Shown here piece by piece: positions 1 to 16,149 of a stretch of 64,000 bases of DNA. Location: NCBI RefSeq assembly GCF_009914755.1, contig NC_060925.1. One strand, 5' to 3'. The DNA comes from the human T2T-CHM13v2.0 reference genome, Homo sapiens. A program made the translations under genes and the position numbers. Position 1 is the first letter of the stretch. Each line of letters begins with the position of its first letter. Below the pieces are notes generated by a model. The model was not told the DNA's origin. It did not search any database and was given only the letters and a program-made list of their open reading frames with translations.

Positions 1-291
1 AGGTTGTCTGTTCACTCTGATGATAGTTCATTTTGCTGTACAGAAGCTCTTTAGTTTAATTAGATCCAATCTGGCAATTTTTGTTTTTGTTGTAATTGCT
101 TTTCACATTTTGTTCACAAAATTGTTGCCCATGCCTATGTCCTGAATGCTATTGACTAGATTTTCTACTAGGGTTTTTATAGTTTTGGGTTTTACATTTA
201 AGTCTTTAATTCATCTTAAGTTAATTTTTGTATACGGTATAAGGAAGGGGTCCCGTGTCAATTTTCTCCATGTGGCTATCAGTTCTCCCAG
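1..291 (-). mobile_element. L1PA/PB-type ORF2 fragment, cut by the window edge
   Basis: Reverse complement resembles the L1 copies at 5900-6210 and 49980-50260 (cagaagctctttagtttaattagatcc). Confidence 0.85.
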
Positions 292-561
292 CTATATGTG
301 CAATTATTAAGGTATACAACTAGTATTTATTCTAGTACCACTTTATTTTATTTCACTCTCCTTGCAACATATTTTTCCTTGAAAAGGATTAGATCAGGTA
401 AATTGAATAAAACATTTTAGGGTGTCAAGGATAAGCTTTTTAAAAAGTTGATGCCTATAAACAAGAACTTTTTCAAAATGTGAGTGTACTATGTGTGTTT
501 ATGTATATATGTATATGTACACAAATATACACGGGTGTATGTATGTGCATGTGTGTGTGTA

Positions 562-811
562 CAGGTTGAATATTCCTTACAGAAATGCTTGTGACAAGCA
601 GTGTTTTGGATTTCAATTTTTTTTTTGATTTTGAAATATCTGTAGATACGTATTTGTGGAGCATACCCAATTCAAAAATCCAATAAACATAAACCAGTGG
701 TTGAAAATGCTACAACGACCATTTCCTTTGAGCTTCATGTCTGTGCTCAAAAAGTTTTGGAGTTTGGAGTAATTTGGGTTTCAGATTTTTGGATTAGGGA
801 TACCACACCTG
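562..811. mobile_element. TcMar-Tigger MITE, MER46/Tigger4a-like
   Basis: TA|CAGGTTGAATATTCCTTA...TAGGGATACCACACCTG degenerate terminal inverted repeats; internal gtgttttggatttc. Confidence 0.7.
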
Positions 812-1049
812 TGTAGACACTCACATACACATACACAATCTCTCCAGCTAAGAAAAATGAGTGAAACATAAAATCCCAGGTTTTTTTCCATAAATTTTCA
901 ACACCAGCCATTTCAAATATTACTATCACTTCCTATGGAATTGTTACTAATCATGTGCCATGTGACTTTTTTGTGGCTATTGCTATTAGGGCAATAGAGT
1001 ATAGAGGGAACAGAATGGAGATTAAAAACAAACAAACAAACAAACAGGG

Positions 1050-1240
1050 TTTGCATCCTCAATTTCCATTCCAAATTAGGAGAAACAACTTAATCTCATG
1101 GAACCTTAGCTTGCCTATCTGGAAAAGAGCAACAAATTTACCTACTTGACATACTTGCTGTGAAGATTAAAAATAATGTATAAGGAACCAGTCTGCCACC
1201 TGGCACATAATGGTATATTCTCCATAAGTGTTTGTTATCC
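1050..1240 (+). mobile_element. MIR SINE
   Basis: Degenerate MIR core (ttaatctc...ccttagcttgcctatctggaaa...gtgaagattaaa...cctggcacata). Confidence 0.6.
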
Positions 1241-2175
1241 ATGCTGCATGTTAGTTACTTATAATCATGGTCCTAAGGATTTACAATATACTAAAATACT
1301 TCCTAAAAAATTAAAGAAGTATTAATTATGCAGCAAGATCTTTAAGGCTCATATCCTTCCAACAAGTAATTCTATTTCTAGGAAACTAGCCAGAGGAAAA
1401 GATTAGAGATATCATCAAATATTTACGTATAAAGATATTCTTCAAAGTTTTAATTTTAATATCAAAACACTGAAAACAACCTAAGTATCCAAATACCATA
1501 CTACATCTATACAATTGCTGTTAAATATTAAAGAATCTATTAAAATATTAATGAGGACTTAACAGCAGCCAGAAATGCTCACAAAAATTATATTTAAACA
1601 ACAGCCTATAGACCTACATCTCAACCATTACATTCATGTGTAGCAGTGTACACACATGCACATACAAATGCAGAAAAAAATGATTTGGAGGAAATGCATC
1701 AAAACATTAACAATGACTATCTTCAGGTGATGGGAATTCAGTATTTTTTTACTTCATTTTTAATGGTTTTTTATTTCCAATTTTCTACTATATACATGGA
1801 TTACTTGGATACTTAGGAGACATAAAATTTTAAAATCCAATCACTTCTGTATATTATTTAGTATATTCTAGTTTTTTAAGGGTGATCTTTTTAACCATAC
1901 CCCATCTTACTTCCAAAAAGATTTGAGATACCTAACAAAAATATATATACCAGACTAAAATAAATAAAATAAAGAAATTGAGACAAAAATAAGAAAAGAA
2001 CTTGCAAACTCTTTCTCTTTATATATGTATATATATGCAAACATGTATATACATACATATGTCAAAGAACTGTTTCAGATACAAAGAACTGAAGGAAATT
2101 TCTCCAGCCTTCTCAGAAAGGGTATACTAGAGGTATGGCAGACATTGTTTTAATTTGTACAACAGGAGTGCTATT

Positions 2176-2443
2176 GGCTGGGCACAGTGGCTCATGCCTA
2201 TAATCCCAGCACTTTGGGAGGCCGAGGTGGGTAGATCATCTGAGGTCAGGAGTTTGAGACCAGCCTGACCAATATGGTGAAACCCTGTCTCTACTAAAAA
2301 TACAAAAATTAGCTGGGCATGGTGGCATGTGCCTGTAGTCCCAGCTACTCGGGAGGCTGAGGTTGCAGTAACTCGAGATCATGCCACTGCACTCCAGCTT
2401 GGACAACAGAACTAGACTCTGTCTCAAAAAAAAAAAAAAAAAA
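2176..2443 (+). mobile_element. AluS with a ~30 bp deletion in the right arm
   Basis: Two arms, A18 tail, TSD agtgctatt; ggaggctgag joins directly to gttgcag. Confidence 0.93.
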
Positions 2444-2775
2444 GTGCTATTGAAGTAAATTAAGTGAATCACAATTTGTGATTAGAAAGAGAGAAGGCAG
2501 ACTAAAAGTCAATTAGCCAAGATCTGTAACAGTATGACTGAGCCTGAGCATGATCAGCAACTCAAAGAACACCTCCTAAAAATCCACAAAGAAAAGACAA
2601 ATAGAGATTTAGACAGATTTTCCCTTATATTTTGTCACCTTTACTCAAGTGCCTTCAAAGAAAAAAAATGGAAATACTAAAAGTATACTTTATTTTCTAT
2701 ACATAAAGTACATCAAGAAAATAAACATTGCTCTCCTATTAACAAAATGTACTGAATATAGTGTATTCAACATAC

Positions 2776-2881
2776 CTTCACTGACAGCATGGGGTTTAAC
2801 AATGCAACAGGTACAATTAGTAAATTTAGCAGTGTTTGCCGGCCCACAACCTCCACTTGAAGGAAAAAACAACTCCATTTC
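2776..2881 (-). CDS. NME7: NME7 exon 7 (106 nt, phase 0-1), EMELFFPSSGGCGPANTAKFTNCTCCIVKPHAVSE(G), linker and start of NDK domain B
   Basis: Acceptor ctgtctttag|GAAATG, donor GTGAAG|gtatgt; ORF 2690..2878. Confidence 0.96.
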
Positions 2882-3781
2882 CTAAAGACAGAGAGAAATG
2901 ATTTTGACAAATGTGATCTCTTATCTTGAACTTACAAGATATTTCTGTGGGGGAGGAGAATCATGCAATTACTTTTAGAGTTTCATCATATAAATTTTTT
3001 GTTTCAGATTTTCTAAAAATGAGCTTTACAAAGACACACTGATTAAATTAACCCTGTTTCAAGACTTAGAACCAGAAGAGCATATAAAGAAGTATCAATC
3101 AAAGCAATGAGAATATGTGTCATTTTGTTCCAGGAATATAGTGGACAAAGATTTAATAAATTTTGAATATTGGAAATACCAATATAAAGTTCTTATTCTC
3201 CCCAAAGCATTAGTTAATTAGACACAAATTTAATTTTAAATTTTTCATTAAAATATGTAAAATAAAATTTAAAACTAGGAAATTTTATAGGAACAGAGAT
3301 TAATATCAGGAATCTGAGAACTACAGCTACTTAAAACTAACTATAGGCCTAGTATAAAATAAAATCAAATGAACCATGTTTTATAAACAGATTCAGGCTG
3401 TGTTATTCACTTTGCATGTGGTTCACTAAAATGACAACACAACAATTTGAACTAGCCACAAAGATGTTCACACTAATCAGTTCTTTTAATTATTTAGATG
3501 CTTTCCTGTCTCTAAGCTTTCACTGCTATTATTTCTACTATTTCCTATAAAACCCTCTGACTCAAGCTCCAAAGAATCTTACCAATGTGTAAAGAGCCAC
3601 CTCAAATACCACTTTCCACTAGGAGGCATTTCCTGATGCCTCCTTCCGGCAACCTTTGCTCCCCCAAAGTTATGGTTATTTGGGTACTTATCTTCCATCA
3701 AATCATAAATTTGAAAAAGAGGGAACTAAGTTGTATAGCTCTGTAGGACCCCTAGCACCTAAAACAATGTCTGGCTCAATG

Positions 3782-4018
3782 CAAATAGCCCTTGGTATAC
3801 ACAAGGGATTGGTACTCAAATCCCTGTGTGTACTCAAATCCATGCATGCTCAAGTCCTGCAGTCAGCCCTGTGGAACCTGCTTATAGGAAAAGTCAAATC
3901 TCTGTAGATGTGAGTTTCACCTCTTGCAAATACTGCATTTTCAATCCTTCTGTTGAAAAAAATCCACATATAAGTAGACTCGTGCAGTTCAAACCTGTGT
4001 TGTTTATGGATCAACTGT
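3782..4018 (+). mobile_element. MER8-like Tigger MITE
   Basis: cccttggtata...gggattgg...ctcaagtcctgcagtcagccctgtggaacc...gcagttcaaacctgtgttg...tcaactg|TA. Confidence 0.75.
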
Positions 4019-5784
4019 ATTTATTTTTCATTAAATTTAAAATGAAAAGATTATAGAATGTGTTAATGTGCCACACTGATGAGCATTTTTTTAAACACAA
4101 GGATGATGAGGAATTATTCAAATAGTAGTGTATACACCTGAGCATTTCCAGTGGTAAGACACTAGAATAAAAAGTGTTCTATTCCTAAGATACCAACTGC
4201 CTTTCTATCATATTGCTGCCATTATTTATTATTCTTTTTAATCAATAACAACAGCAACTACCCCTTTTAGTCCTATACCAGATGCTTTGATTGCATGGTC
4301 CGAGAGAACCTTTATGGTACAGATGAAAATTCAAATACCTACAGGGACCTGGCAGATGATCAATGAAGGAATGAAGTAGAAGTGGTGTGACAAGAGAATA
4401 TGATAGAGTAGCAAACTAGAAAGGGCATGCTCTTTCGAGAGTTCCCATTGGTCTGTTCCCTTCACAACAAAATTCAAAAGAAATGTCTTTCTTTTCCATT
4501 TCCATTTTTACTTCCTCTCCTACAGTCTCTTTTAAATCCACAACCAATTAGGTTTTCATTCCACCAAAGCTGCTCATTAAAATCCCTTACTACCTCCATG
4601 TTGCTAAGTCCACTGGTTAATTATTCTCAGCCCTCACCTTACCTGACCAACAGTATTTGACACAGTTTGTCACATCCTACACTCTGGAATGCTTTCATTA
4701 CTTGCCTTTCTTCCTACCTCACTGGCTACTCCCTCTCAGTCTCCTTCGATGGTTTTCTCCTATCTAGCTGACCTCTATGTGTTGGAGAGCACCAGGGCTT
4801 AGTCCATCTTTATTACTTGTTCACTAGCAGTTTCTCAATGAATATTTGGGAATGACTGAAATTCAGCACCTAATAAATTCTGCATGTGCTAAACAAAATA
4901 AATATATCCACAGTGTACAAATGAGAAAAATGAGACTCAGAAAGCTTAAGTAACAAGCCCTTACAAGTTAGCAAGTGGCAAAGCCAGGATTCAAATCCAA
5001 GTGACTGTAGCTCCAAAAACCATGTACTTTTTCTATTATCTGTCTTTCCAAAGTAAAAAGCAGTGATAAATTGTTCTATCTCTAGTTTAACAAATTATTT
5101 AACAATTAATTGACCAATTATTTTTGTCTCAACTTTCCTTTGATTTCTTTTCTCGCTCAATTTTTAAAAATAAAAATGCCAGCTTTCCAACTACCCAGAT
5201 TTTCAAGTACCATATTTACCTATGCTGAATAAATATTTATTTATAAAGCATAAAGATTTTACATAAATATATCTTCTTAGTGAAACGTGAATAAGAGCGC
5301 TTTTACTAGGTCATTGTTATGGCAATTAATTCAAAGTCTTTATAAAACAAAGTCACAAAAATAATATCCAGGCTTCTTTGGGATTTGAGGGGCTAAAATA
5401 TTTTGTATAAAGATCCTGTTCTTCCAAAGATTCCTGCTATTACTCTTGGCCTTTTACATTTTCCTAAATTCCCTAGTAGGAAAGAATAAATATTTATAGC
5501 TTTACAAAAAATTAAAAATTCAGACTGAATTCGAAAGCTTTAGGTATATAATTTTTAAATTTTTAAACAAATTATAAAGTATATAGTTGTACTACTTCAT
5601 AAATTTTCACGCTGATAGGATTTCCTGGTAATTTCACTAAAGCATTTGTAATTAATCTATACTAATAATTTTATTATGATAATAAAAGTATGGCTAAATG
5701 GTGGCCAGTTAAAAGTTTCTCCAAAACTTTGTACTTGTAATAGTAATTTAAAATGAATATCATTTCTGTAAATGTCCCAAATTA

Positions 5785-7148
5785 AAACAGTATAGATCAA
5801 TGGAACAGAACAGAGGCCTCACAAGTAAAGGCACACATCTCCAACCATCTGATCTTTGACAAACCTGACAAAAACAAGCAATGGTGAAAGGATTCCCTAT
5901 TTAATAAATGGTATTGGGAAAACTGGCTAGCCATATGCAGAAAACAGAAACTGGACCCCTTCCTTTCATCTTATACAAAAATTAACTCAAGATGGATAAA
6001 GACATAAATGTAAGACCTAAAACCATAAAAACTCTAGAAGAAAACCTCAGCAATATCATTCAGGATATAGGCATAGGCAAAGACTTCATGACTAAAAGAC
6101 CAAAAGCAATGGCAACAAAAGCCAAAATTGACAAATGCGATCTAATTAAACTAAAAAGCTTCTGCATAGCAAAAGAGAAATTATCATCAGAGTGAACAGG
6201 CAACCTATAGAATGGGAGAAAATTTTTGCAATCTGTTCATCTGACAAAGGGCTACTGTCCAGAATCTACAAGGAACTTAAACACATTTACAAGAAAAAAA
6301 CAAACAGCCCCATCAAAAAGTGGGCAAAGTATATGAACAGACACTTCTCAAATGAAGACATTTATGCAGCCAACATATGAAAAAAAGCTCATCACTGGTC
6401 ATTAGAGAAATGCAAATCAAAACCACAATGAGATACCATCTCATGCCAGTTAGAATGATGATCATTAAAAAATCAGGAAACAACAGATGCTGGAGAGGAT
6501 GTGGAGAAATAGAAACGCTTTTACACTGTTGGTGAGAGTGTAAATTAGTTCAACCTTTGTGGAAGACAGTGTGGTAATTCCTCAAGGATCTAGAACCAGA
6601 AATAGCATTTGACCCAGCAATCCCATTTCTGGATATACACCCAAAGGATTATAAACCATTCTGTTGTAAAGACACATGCACACGTATGTTTATTGCAGCA
6701 CTATTCACAATAGCAAAGACTTGGAACCAACCCAAATGCCCATCAGTGATAGACTGGATAAAGAAAATGGGGCACATATACAGCATAGAATACTATGCAA
6801 CCATAAAAATGGATGAGTTCATGTCCTTTGCATGGACATGGATGAAGCTGGAAACCATCATTCTCAGCAAACTAACACAGGAAGAGAAAACCAAACACTG
6901 TATGTTCTCACTCATATGTGGGAGTTGAACAATGAGAACACAAGGAGGGGAACATCACACACCGTGGCATGTTGCGGGGTGGGGGGCTAGGGGAAGGATA
7001 GCATTGGGAGAAATACCTAATGTAGATGATGGGGTGATGGGTGCAGCAAACCACCATGGCACGTGTATACCTACATAATAAACCTGCACGTTACGCACAT
7101 GTATCCCAGAACTTAAAGTATAATAATAATAATAATAATAATAAAAAG
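5785..7148 (+). mobile_element. 5'-truncated L1PA (3' ORF2 + 3'UTR) with (TAA)n tail
   Basis: ORF2 remnants in ORFs 5992, 6192 and 6686 (MFIAALFTIAKTWNQPKCPS); G-rich 3'UTR; tail ~7118-7148. Confidence 0.95.
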
Positions 7149-7474
7149 AAATAGACACAGCCACTTCAACCTTTGGCAAAAACAACCCTGATCAATCAGC
7201 AGACATCAACATCAAAGTAAGATCAGCAAAAAGATTATGACTCGCTGAAGGCTCAGATGATTGTTAGCATGCATTTTTTAGCAATGAAGTATTTTTAATT
7301 GATATATTCATAGTTTTTTTTAGACACAATGCTATTGCATTTAGTAGCCTACAGTATAAACATAACTTTTATATACCAGGAAACTAAAAAATTCATGGGA
7401 CTCCCTATATAGCCATATTCACTCCACTGTGGTGGTCTGAACCAAATCTACATTATCTCTGAGGTATGCTTGTA
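7149..7474 (+). mobile_element. Tigger1 3' terminal fragment
   Basis: accctgatcaatcagcag...aaaagattatgactcgctgaaggctcagatgattgttagca...tctctgaggtatgcttg|TA. Confidence 0.8.
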
Positions 7475-8486
7475 GATGAATAGAACACAACAAATCGCTG
7501 AAATTGACCCAGATATATATATTCAATACATTTTCAACAAAGGTGAAAAAGCAATTAATTAAAGAAATAAGGTCTTTTCAGCATAATGCTGGAAGAATAT
7601 ATGTCTAAAGAATAACAAATTGTGATCATACCTTGCACCTTACATAAAAATTAACTCAAAATGCATCATAGAGTTAAGTATAAAAACTAAAACTATAAAA
7701 CTTCTAGAAGCAAATAATGAAATATTGGTGACCTTAGGTGTGGGAACAGTTTGTTAGACTTGACACCTAAAGCACAATACATTAAAGAACAACTGATACT
7801 GGACTTCATCAGAAGTAAAAATTGCTCATCCAAAGATATTGTTAAAGAGGATGAAAATGCAAACCACATACCATGAGAAAATACTTGCAAATCATATCTC
7901 TGGATAAAGAATTTGTATGCATAATATAAAGAACTCTGAGCTGAGTGTTAAAAGGCAAATAAAAATTACCTGGGCAAAGGCAGAATTGGAATTCCAAGGC
8001 AGAGGGGTAGAATGAGTAAAAGCAACAGAGTAAGAATCCCACAGTATACAGAAGGTGAGGCAGGATATAAGGCTGGAGGAGGGGCTGGGAGACAGATCAC
8101 TGGAACGCCTTGGAAACCATGTCAAGGAGCTTGAACTTGATTCTGGGAATAATGGAGTACTTTAAAAATTTTTAATAGTCATGAGATTGACGGATTAATA
8201 TTTTTAGACAACTTGTTCTGAAGCCTATGTGGAAGATATATTTGAGGTAGAAAAGTATATTCCAGGACTCTTGCAGCAGCCCAGGTCAGAACTAGAAGAG
8301 TGATGGTAGGAATACAGAGAAAGGGAATAATTCAAGAAAATGTTCAGAAGGAAAAACCTACAAGATCTTTTGCTGATTCTATTAAGGGGATAAACAGGGC
8401 AGAAGAAAGAATACTGGCTCCCAAATTTCTTTCCTAGAGATGTACAGAATACAAAAGGAATACTTTGGTAAATTATAATCAGTGCA

Positions 8487-8791
8487 GGCTGGGCATGATG
8501 GCTTATGCCTGTAATCCCAGCATTTTGGGAGGCCAAGAAGGAGGCTCACTGGAGACCAGGAGTTTGAGACCAGACTGGGCAACATCACAAGACCCTGTCT
8601 TTAGAAAAAATAAAAAAAAATAGCTGGACATGGTGGTACAGGCCTGTAGTCCTAGCTACTTGGGAGGCTGAGGCAAGTGGATGGCTTGAGCCCATGGGTT
8701 CAAAGTTATAGAGAACTATTATCACACCAACCACTGAACTCCAGCTTGGGCAGCAGAGTGAGACTCTTGTCTCCAAAAAAAAAAAAAAAAA
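8487..8791 (+). mobile_element. AluJ
   Basis: Diverged dimer with ggatggcttgagccc in the right arm; A tail. Confidence 0.88.
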
Positions 8792-8869
8792 TTGTAGTCA
8801 GTTCAGTTTCAAATGTATTATTTCTATATAAGTCTGAAACTCTAAGGAGAATCCTAGATAGAAACTTAA

Positions 8870-9510
8870 GAAGTTAATTTACACTTTTCCATATAAAATT
8901 ATCTCACACAATTTATTGACTAATCAATCTATCCCTTGTCCACTGATTTATAATGGCACCAACTTCTCATTATATTTGGGTCATCTCTTGAGCACTCTAG
9001 ACTGTTACACTGATATACTTACCTACTCCCATGCTAATACCACAGTTTTTCCTACTAAAGCTTTATAAAAAGTCATGATATCCTTAAAATAAGTCTCACC
9101 TTATCATCACCACATCTTTTTCTCCCTCTTCAAAACTGTCTTAACTGTTTTGGACCCTTGGCTGTTTCATAAGTTTGTTAAACTTCATGAAAATCTGTGC
9201 TAAGATTTTGAATGAAATTACCCAATTTATAGATCAACTTGGAAAGAACTGATATCTTCAGGATACTGACTCTTCCCATTCATAAACATGGCATATATCT
9301 TCATTTATTTATGTCTTTCCTTATTCTCTAAAATAAATATTTATAATTTTCTCCATACAGATCTCCCACATCTTTTGTTCAATTTATTCTAGGTGTCATA
9401 GACTTTTTTTTAACCGTATGAATGGAAATCTCTTCTAAAATTACATTTTCTAACTGGTTATTTCAAGTATATCAAGATTACTATTGATTTTTGTATACTA
9501 ATATTACATC
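8870..9510 (-). mobile_element. Old L1M ORF2 fragment
   Basis: Antisense L1 motifs (tttatagatcaacttggaaagaactgatatctt...cttcccattcataaacatgg...ctattgatttttgtata). Confidence 0.65.
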
Positions 9511-10303
9511 CAGTACAAATTACAGATACAGGTTTGGGAAGCACCATGCAAGTAAAATATTAATAATAAAAGATAACATCCATTCATTAAATACTATGTT
9601 CTAGGTACTATACTAAGCACTGAAATAATTTCATTTAATCCTCAAAGACCTCTATAATGCAGGTTCAATCATTATCTTATTTTACAGACTAGGAAACTGA
9701 AAATTAGAGCAAGAAAAGCAGTAAACCAAGAAAAGAAGCCTGCACAATACCAGCATCTGAAAGGACAAGTGAAGGAAGAAAAACCAATTAGTAAGACACA
9801 AGTCATGGTCTCCAAAGACAGTATTTTCAGGAATGATGAAAATAATGCTAAATTTTAACAATTGCTCACAAATGAGTAGTCAAAGATAGCTGAGGAATGA
9901 AAATAGTGAGTATAAGTCTATGTTTTGGTAAAATCTGGAAAGATGGAATGAAAAATTAGACAATAACTAATAGGAATTCAAGGTAAAGAAGAGGCTGTTT
10001 GGGGCTGCATAAGTTTGGGGCTGTGATGTTTTTCAATTTTTTAAGACCTGTGGTCTTTGCTTCTTCACATAAGCTCATTTTCCAGCTACAATATTTTTCC
10101 TTAATTCCTAGAGCCACCTAACATAATGTCAACAACACTCACTCTTCCCCAGACAAGGGTAAAAAAATATATATCCTAAAGGGTTCATACAAATAATAGG
10201 ATATTTCAGGAACTAATGGCAGAAAGAGGTTAAAAAAATTAAATGCACAAAATATAAACGAATATGTTTAAGACATTTCTTTAGGTGAAATGGCAATGGT
10301 AGC

Positions 10304-10722
10304 TGCTCTGGATTGGATGTTTGTTCCTTCCAAATCTCACGTTGAAATTTGATCCCCAATGTTGGAGATAGGGCCTAATGGGAGGTTTGGATAGTAGGGG
10401 TAAATCCCATGAATAGATTAATGCCCTCCCTCCAAGGTGAGCGAATTTTCCCTCTATTAGTTCCTCTGAAAGCTGGTTGTTAAAAACAGCCTGACACCTC
10501 TCCCGGTGGCTTGCTTCTTCTCTTACCATGTGATCTGTGCACATGCAGGCTCCCTTTTACCTTCCACCTCAGGCAGTGGAAGCTGCCTGAGACCCTCACG
10601 AGATGCAGATGCCCAATCTTGATGTCCCAGCCATCAGGACTATGAGCCAAATAAACCTTTTTCCTTTATAAATGACCCAGCCTCAGGTATTCCTTCACAG
10701 CAACACAAAATGGACTGAGACA
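10304..10722 (+). mobile_element. MST-family (MSTB-like) MaLR solo LTR
   Basis: TG...CA ends; perfect 5-bp TSD GTAGC at 10299-10303 and 10723-10727; typical MST 3' end (aataaacct...acccagcctcaggtattcc). Confidence 0.88.
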
Positions 10723-11029
10723 GTAGCTAACTTAACAAAAGTTGCTCCACTACAAGATATGCTAAAATCTAACAAGTATATTTATGCTCAAATTTATTAA
10801 ATAATCTAGTAGAAATAAAAAAGAAATGGATGGCATAAGGTGGTAATAGGGTGAAATAGGCAGGAAATATCAGTAAACATGGTAGTGACTTTCAGTTCAG
10901 CCTCAATTATTTCCTTCATTAATTAGATATGTTTATTATTTTTATAATGCTTTAAAATATGATTGGAAATTTAACTATACAAAACAATACCACATTTACA
11001 ATAAATGTCTACTACTAAGATATGGTCAA

Positions 11030-12990
<1,961 letters not shown>

Positions 12991-14028
12991 CCAGACAGAA
13001 ATATGCTATTCAAGGAATAGCGAGATGGTTAGTGTGCCTGGAACACAATGATTAAGATAGAGATTGATCAAAGATACAGTTAGAGATAGATATGGGCCAG
13101 ACTAGATAGAGCATTGGAGGCCACAATAAAGACTTTAGATTTTATTCTAGAAGAGACAGAAATTCACTGAAGGGTTTTCAGCAGGTGAATGTTAATCTGA
13201 TTTGTCTTTAAAAGATCACTGGGCATAGCTGATTTTACTTGGGTAAGGTAAAATTTTCATTAATTGAGTGTAAGAAAAGAGGAAAAAAGAATTTGGAGGC
13301 TATTGTAGCAGTTCTGGCAAAATATAATAGTGATTCAGACCACAATGATCAGATTCAGGGTTTATTTTGAAAGAGCTGAAGGGACTTGCTGATGAAATGG
13401 TAGGAAAAAGAAAGAAATCAATTATAAAACTGTCTAATATTGTTTCATTGCAAACACAACCAGATTAAAAACTACCTTAAGTGAGACACTTCTCACGATG
13501 CTAAAAATAAACTTACACTTCTTTAATTCAACCTCAGTATAAATCCAATAAATGCTTTATTTATATGGATTTAAAAATAAGGAGTAGAGAAACTTTCATA
13601 AACACTAGCTATATATAGGAAAATAATAGGATGTTAAGCTTGAAAGCACAGTGTTAGGTCTGAATCAAAAGGAAATATCTCAAATTATATCTTCTTTTTA
13701 ATATCTACTAGCCATAAACTGGTATTCTTACATGAATTCAATAATTCAAACATTTAGGAGCCTCAGTAATTTAAGTCTTGGGAACAAGAAACAGGATGAG
13801 AAGTGTTTTAATTGGAGAAAACTTACGTTGATCATGATCAGGTTACCAGTTCACAAAGGAGACACACTGAATCACTGTTTGATAGTAGGCAAGATGTCAA
13901 AGGTTTTCTCTACTACTAGAGCAGCAGCATAAATCCACCCTAAGTCACCAGTGATAGAAATGCTTTCCTTTGATATAAAACATTTAACAGAACTAGAAGA
14001 GCATTAAAATATTTTTAAAACACCTTAC

Positions 14029-14236
14029 TCTGGCCGCAGAAGCAAAAGAATCAGGGCCATGCGCTGCATTTCTTATGCCATCTGTTCCAAAGAGGGCTCT
14101 AATGCTTTCAGAAGCATCTGTGCGTGCCACTCCAGAGTTTGCAGGTCCCAGCAGTCTTTTCCATTCACATATAGCATCATCTCTTAAAATCTCCATGGCA
14201 ATAATAGGACCAGTTGTAATAAACTGGATCAGCTCA
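14029..14236 (-). CDS. NME7: NME7 exon 6 (208 nt, phase 2-0), ELIQFITTGPIIAMEI...GTDGIRNAAHGPDSFASAAR, includes the phospho-acceptor His (H206)
   Basis: Acceptor ctgttttgtag|TGAG, donor GCCAGA|gtaagg; ORF 13993..14280; NxxHG motif with the His codon at 14059-14061. Confidence 0.97.
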
Positions 14237-16149
14237 CTACAAAACAGATAGAAGATTAGTTTGCTTCTTTTTTCTGTCAACTAGGTATTTGTCTTAACGA
14301 CAGGATATATTTAAATTGGATTATTTCAACATAGACATGAATATTATAATCTTAGAACCATTAAGCATAGTTAATTTTACATGGGCAGGAGAAATTTTTC
14401 ATAAATTGAGTGTCTTGCAGTGGCTCAATTCACTTCAAATCACTAGTAATGTCAAATTACTGTTACCAGAAAAATCACTGTTCTGTTGAATTAAGACTAT
14501 TTCATGACTTAAAATGCATACTGTTGACCTATGCTTTTCCCAGTGCTCTAACAGGTACAGAGGATTTTCCTTTTTATTTACATGTGTTTACCACTGCAGT
14601 CAAGTACAATTTCACAATATATAGGGATGGATGCCTTGTAACATATTTTTAGTAAGAATTTATTTATTTTTGTGTAAAACTATTAGAATTCAAAGACTGA
14701 CAAAGAACTCTCTTAATCAATAAACACTGAGCTGGTTTGGTGATAAAAAAAAAAATCCCCAGCAGGCTTCAAGAAATATCCTTTTATTAGCGTAAAAACT
14801 ACTCTGGGTTATTTCTGTATTAAATTATTAAAGTGTACGCATCGGTTCTTGACTAAAAATCCAGCACTGAGTCACAGTCCCCCAAGGTATAAAAGACAAT
14901 ACTTCATTTTATTTTCTACTTTTATATGTGTACAGGATGCAATGACAAGTTTAACTATGAAATAAGTGACATCCTCCCTCTGACTATATTAAGCAGGGAC
15001 ACAGTACTTTTTAGAGTAAGCCCATGGTTTTCTCTCATCCAAAGTACAGAGAAGAGATCCTCCTGGAGAAAGGAGCATGGTGTGACAGGCTCTTTTGTGC
15101 CCACTAACTTATGACTATTTTTTACACACTTCCTTCCACCCTGCATGTTATATGTCAGCTCCCCTCAGTACTTCCTTTTTAAAACACTCCCATTCATTTT
15201 GAAGAATATTTCTAAAAAACAGCATGTACAAAAAAGTATTCTTGTCTTCTATCCTAAGAGTTCTATAATACCTCCTCATACATTTTCTGCCAGACCTTTG
15301 CTGCCAAAACAAACAAAACCCCCAAGACCAACCACTAGATTTAAAAAAACCCAAATCAAAGGAGCAAACCATGTTTATTCACTCAATAAGCATTTAATAA
15401 TTGCCTATAACATATCAGCGTCTGTGCCACAAAAAAGATCCCCCTTCAAGACACTTACAATCTAACGCCCTATTAATACAAAATTCTCAAAACACACAAT
15501 TGAATAAGCCTATGAATATGGCATGTAACAATATAGGGAAGGATGTGCCTGATCATAGATACTGCTTCATGAAAATTTAATTACTTCACCTAGTCTTTTG
15601 TTACATCATTCTCATTAACAGGCAACTAGTTAATTCATTCCTTTAATAAAATTTACTGCATGCAAATCACACATAAATCATTAGACTAGGAGTTGTAAGT
15701 TAATGCTATAAACATATACAAAGTTTATACCAAAAGATAATTTCCACCAATTTTCTAGAAAAGTGTATATAGCTATTCTAAGAAGGCTTAGGAATATTTT
15801 ATAACACTTGATTTGAAATAATCTATAGCATAATAATTTTCTTACATACAAATTTTTTTAAAAACCCACTACTCAGTGCAGGATATCAAATAACATGTCT
15901 ACTGTGGCCATTTAGTTTGGCTGATGTAACATTCTTTCTTATTAGAAGTGTAAACAGTCTTTGGCAACAGTAATAATAATATGAGCATGCAAAATATTCA
16001 CTTAAATTTAATTACATGTCAAATATTTAGAATACATAAAGTGTAACATATATTATCTGTTCTATGTCAAGGAACAAAATATATATCAAACTAGTTAAAA
16101 TAGAAAGGTTCCATGAACATTGCTTTATGTATACAAGACTACCAAAATA

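Noticed and set aside
14868-14874. AP-1 motif TGAGTCA near exon 6
   Set aside because: A single 7-mer is expected by chance several times in 64 kb.
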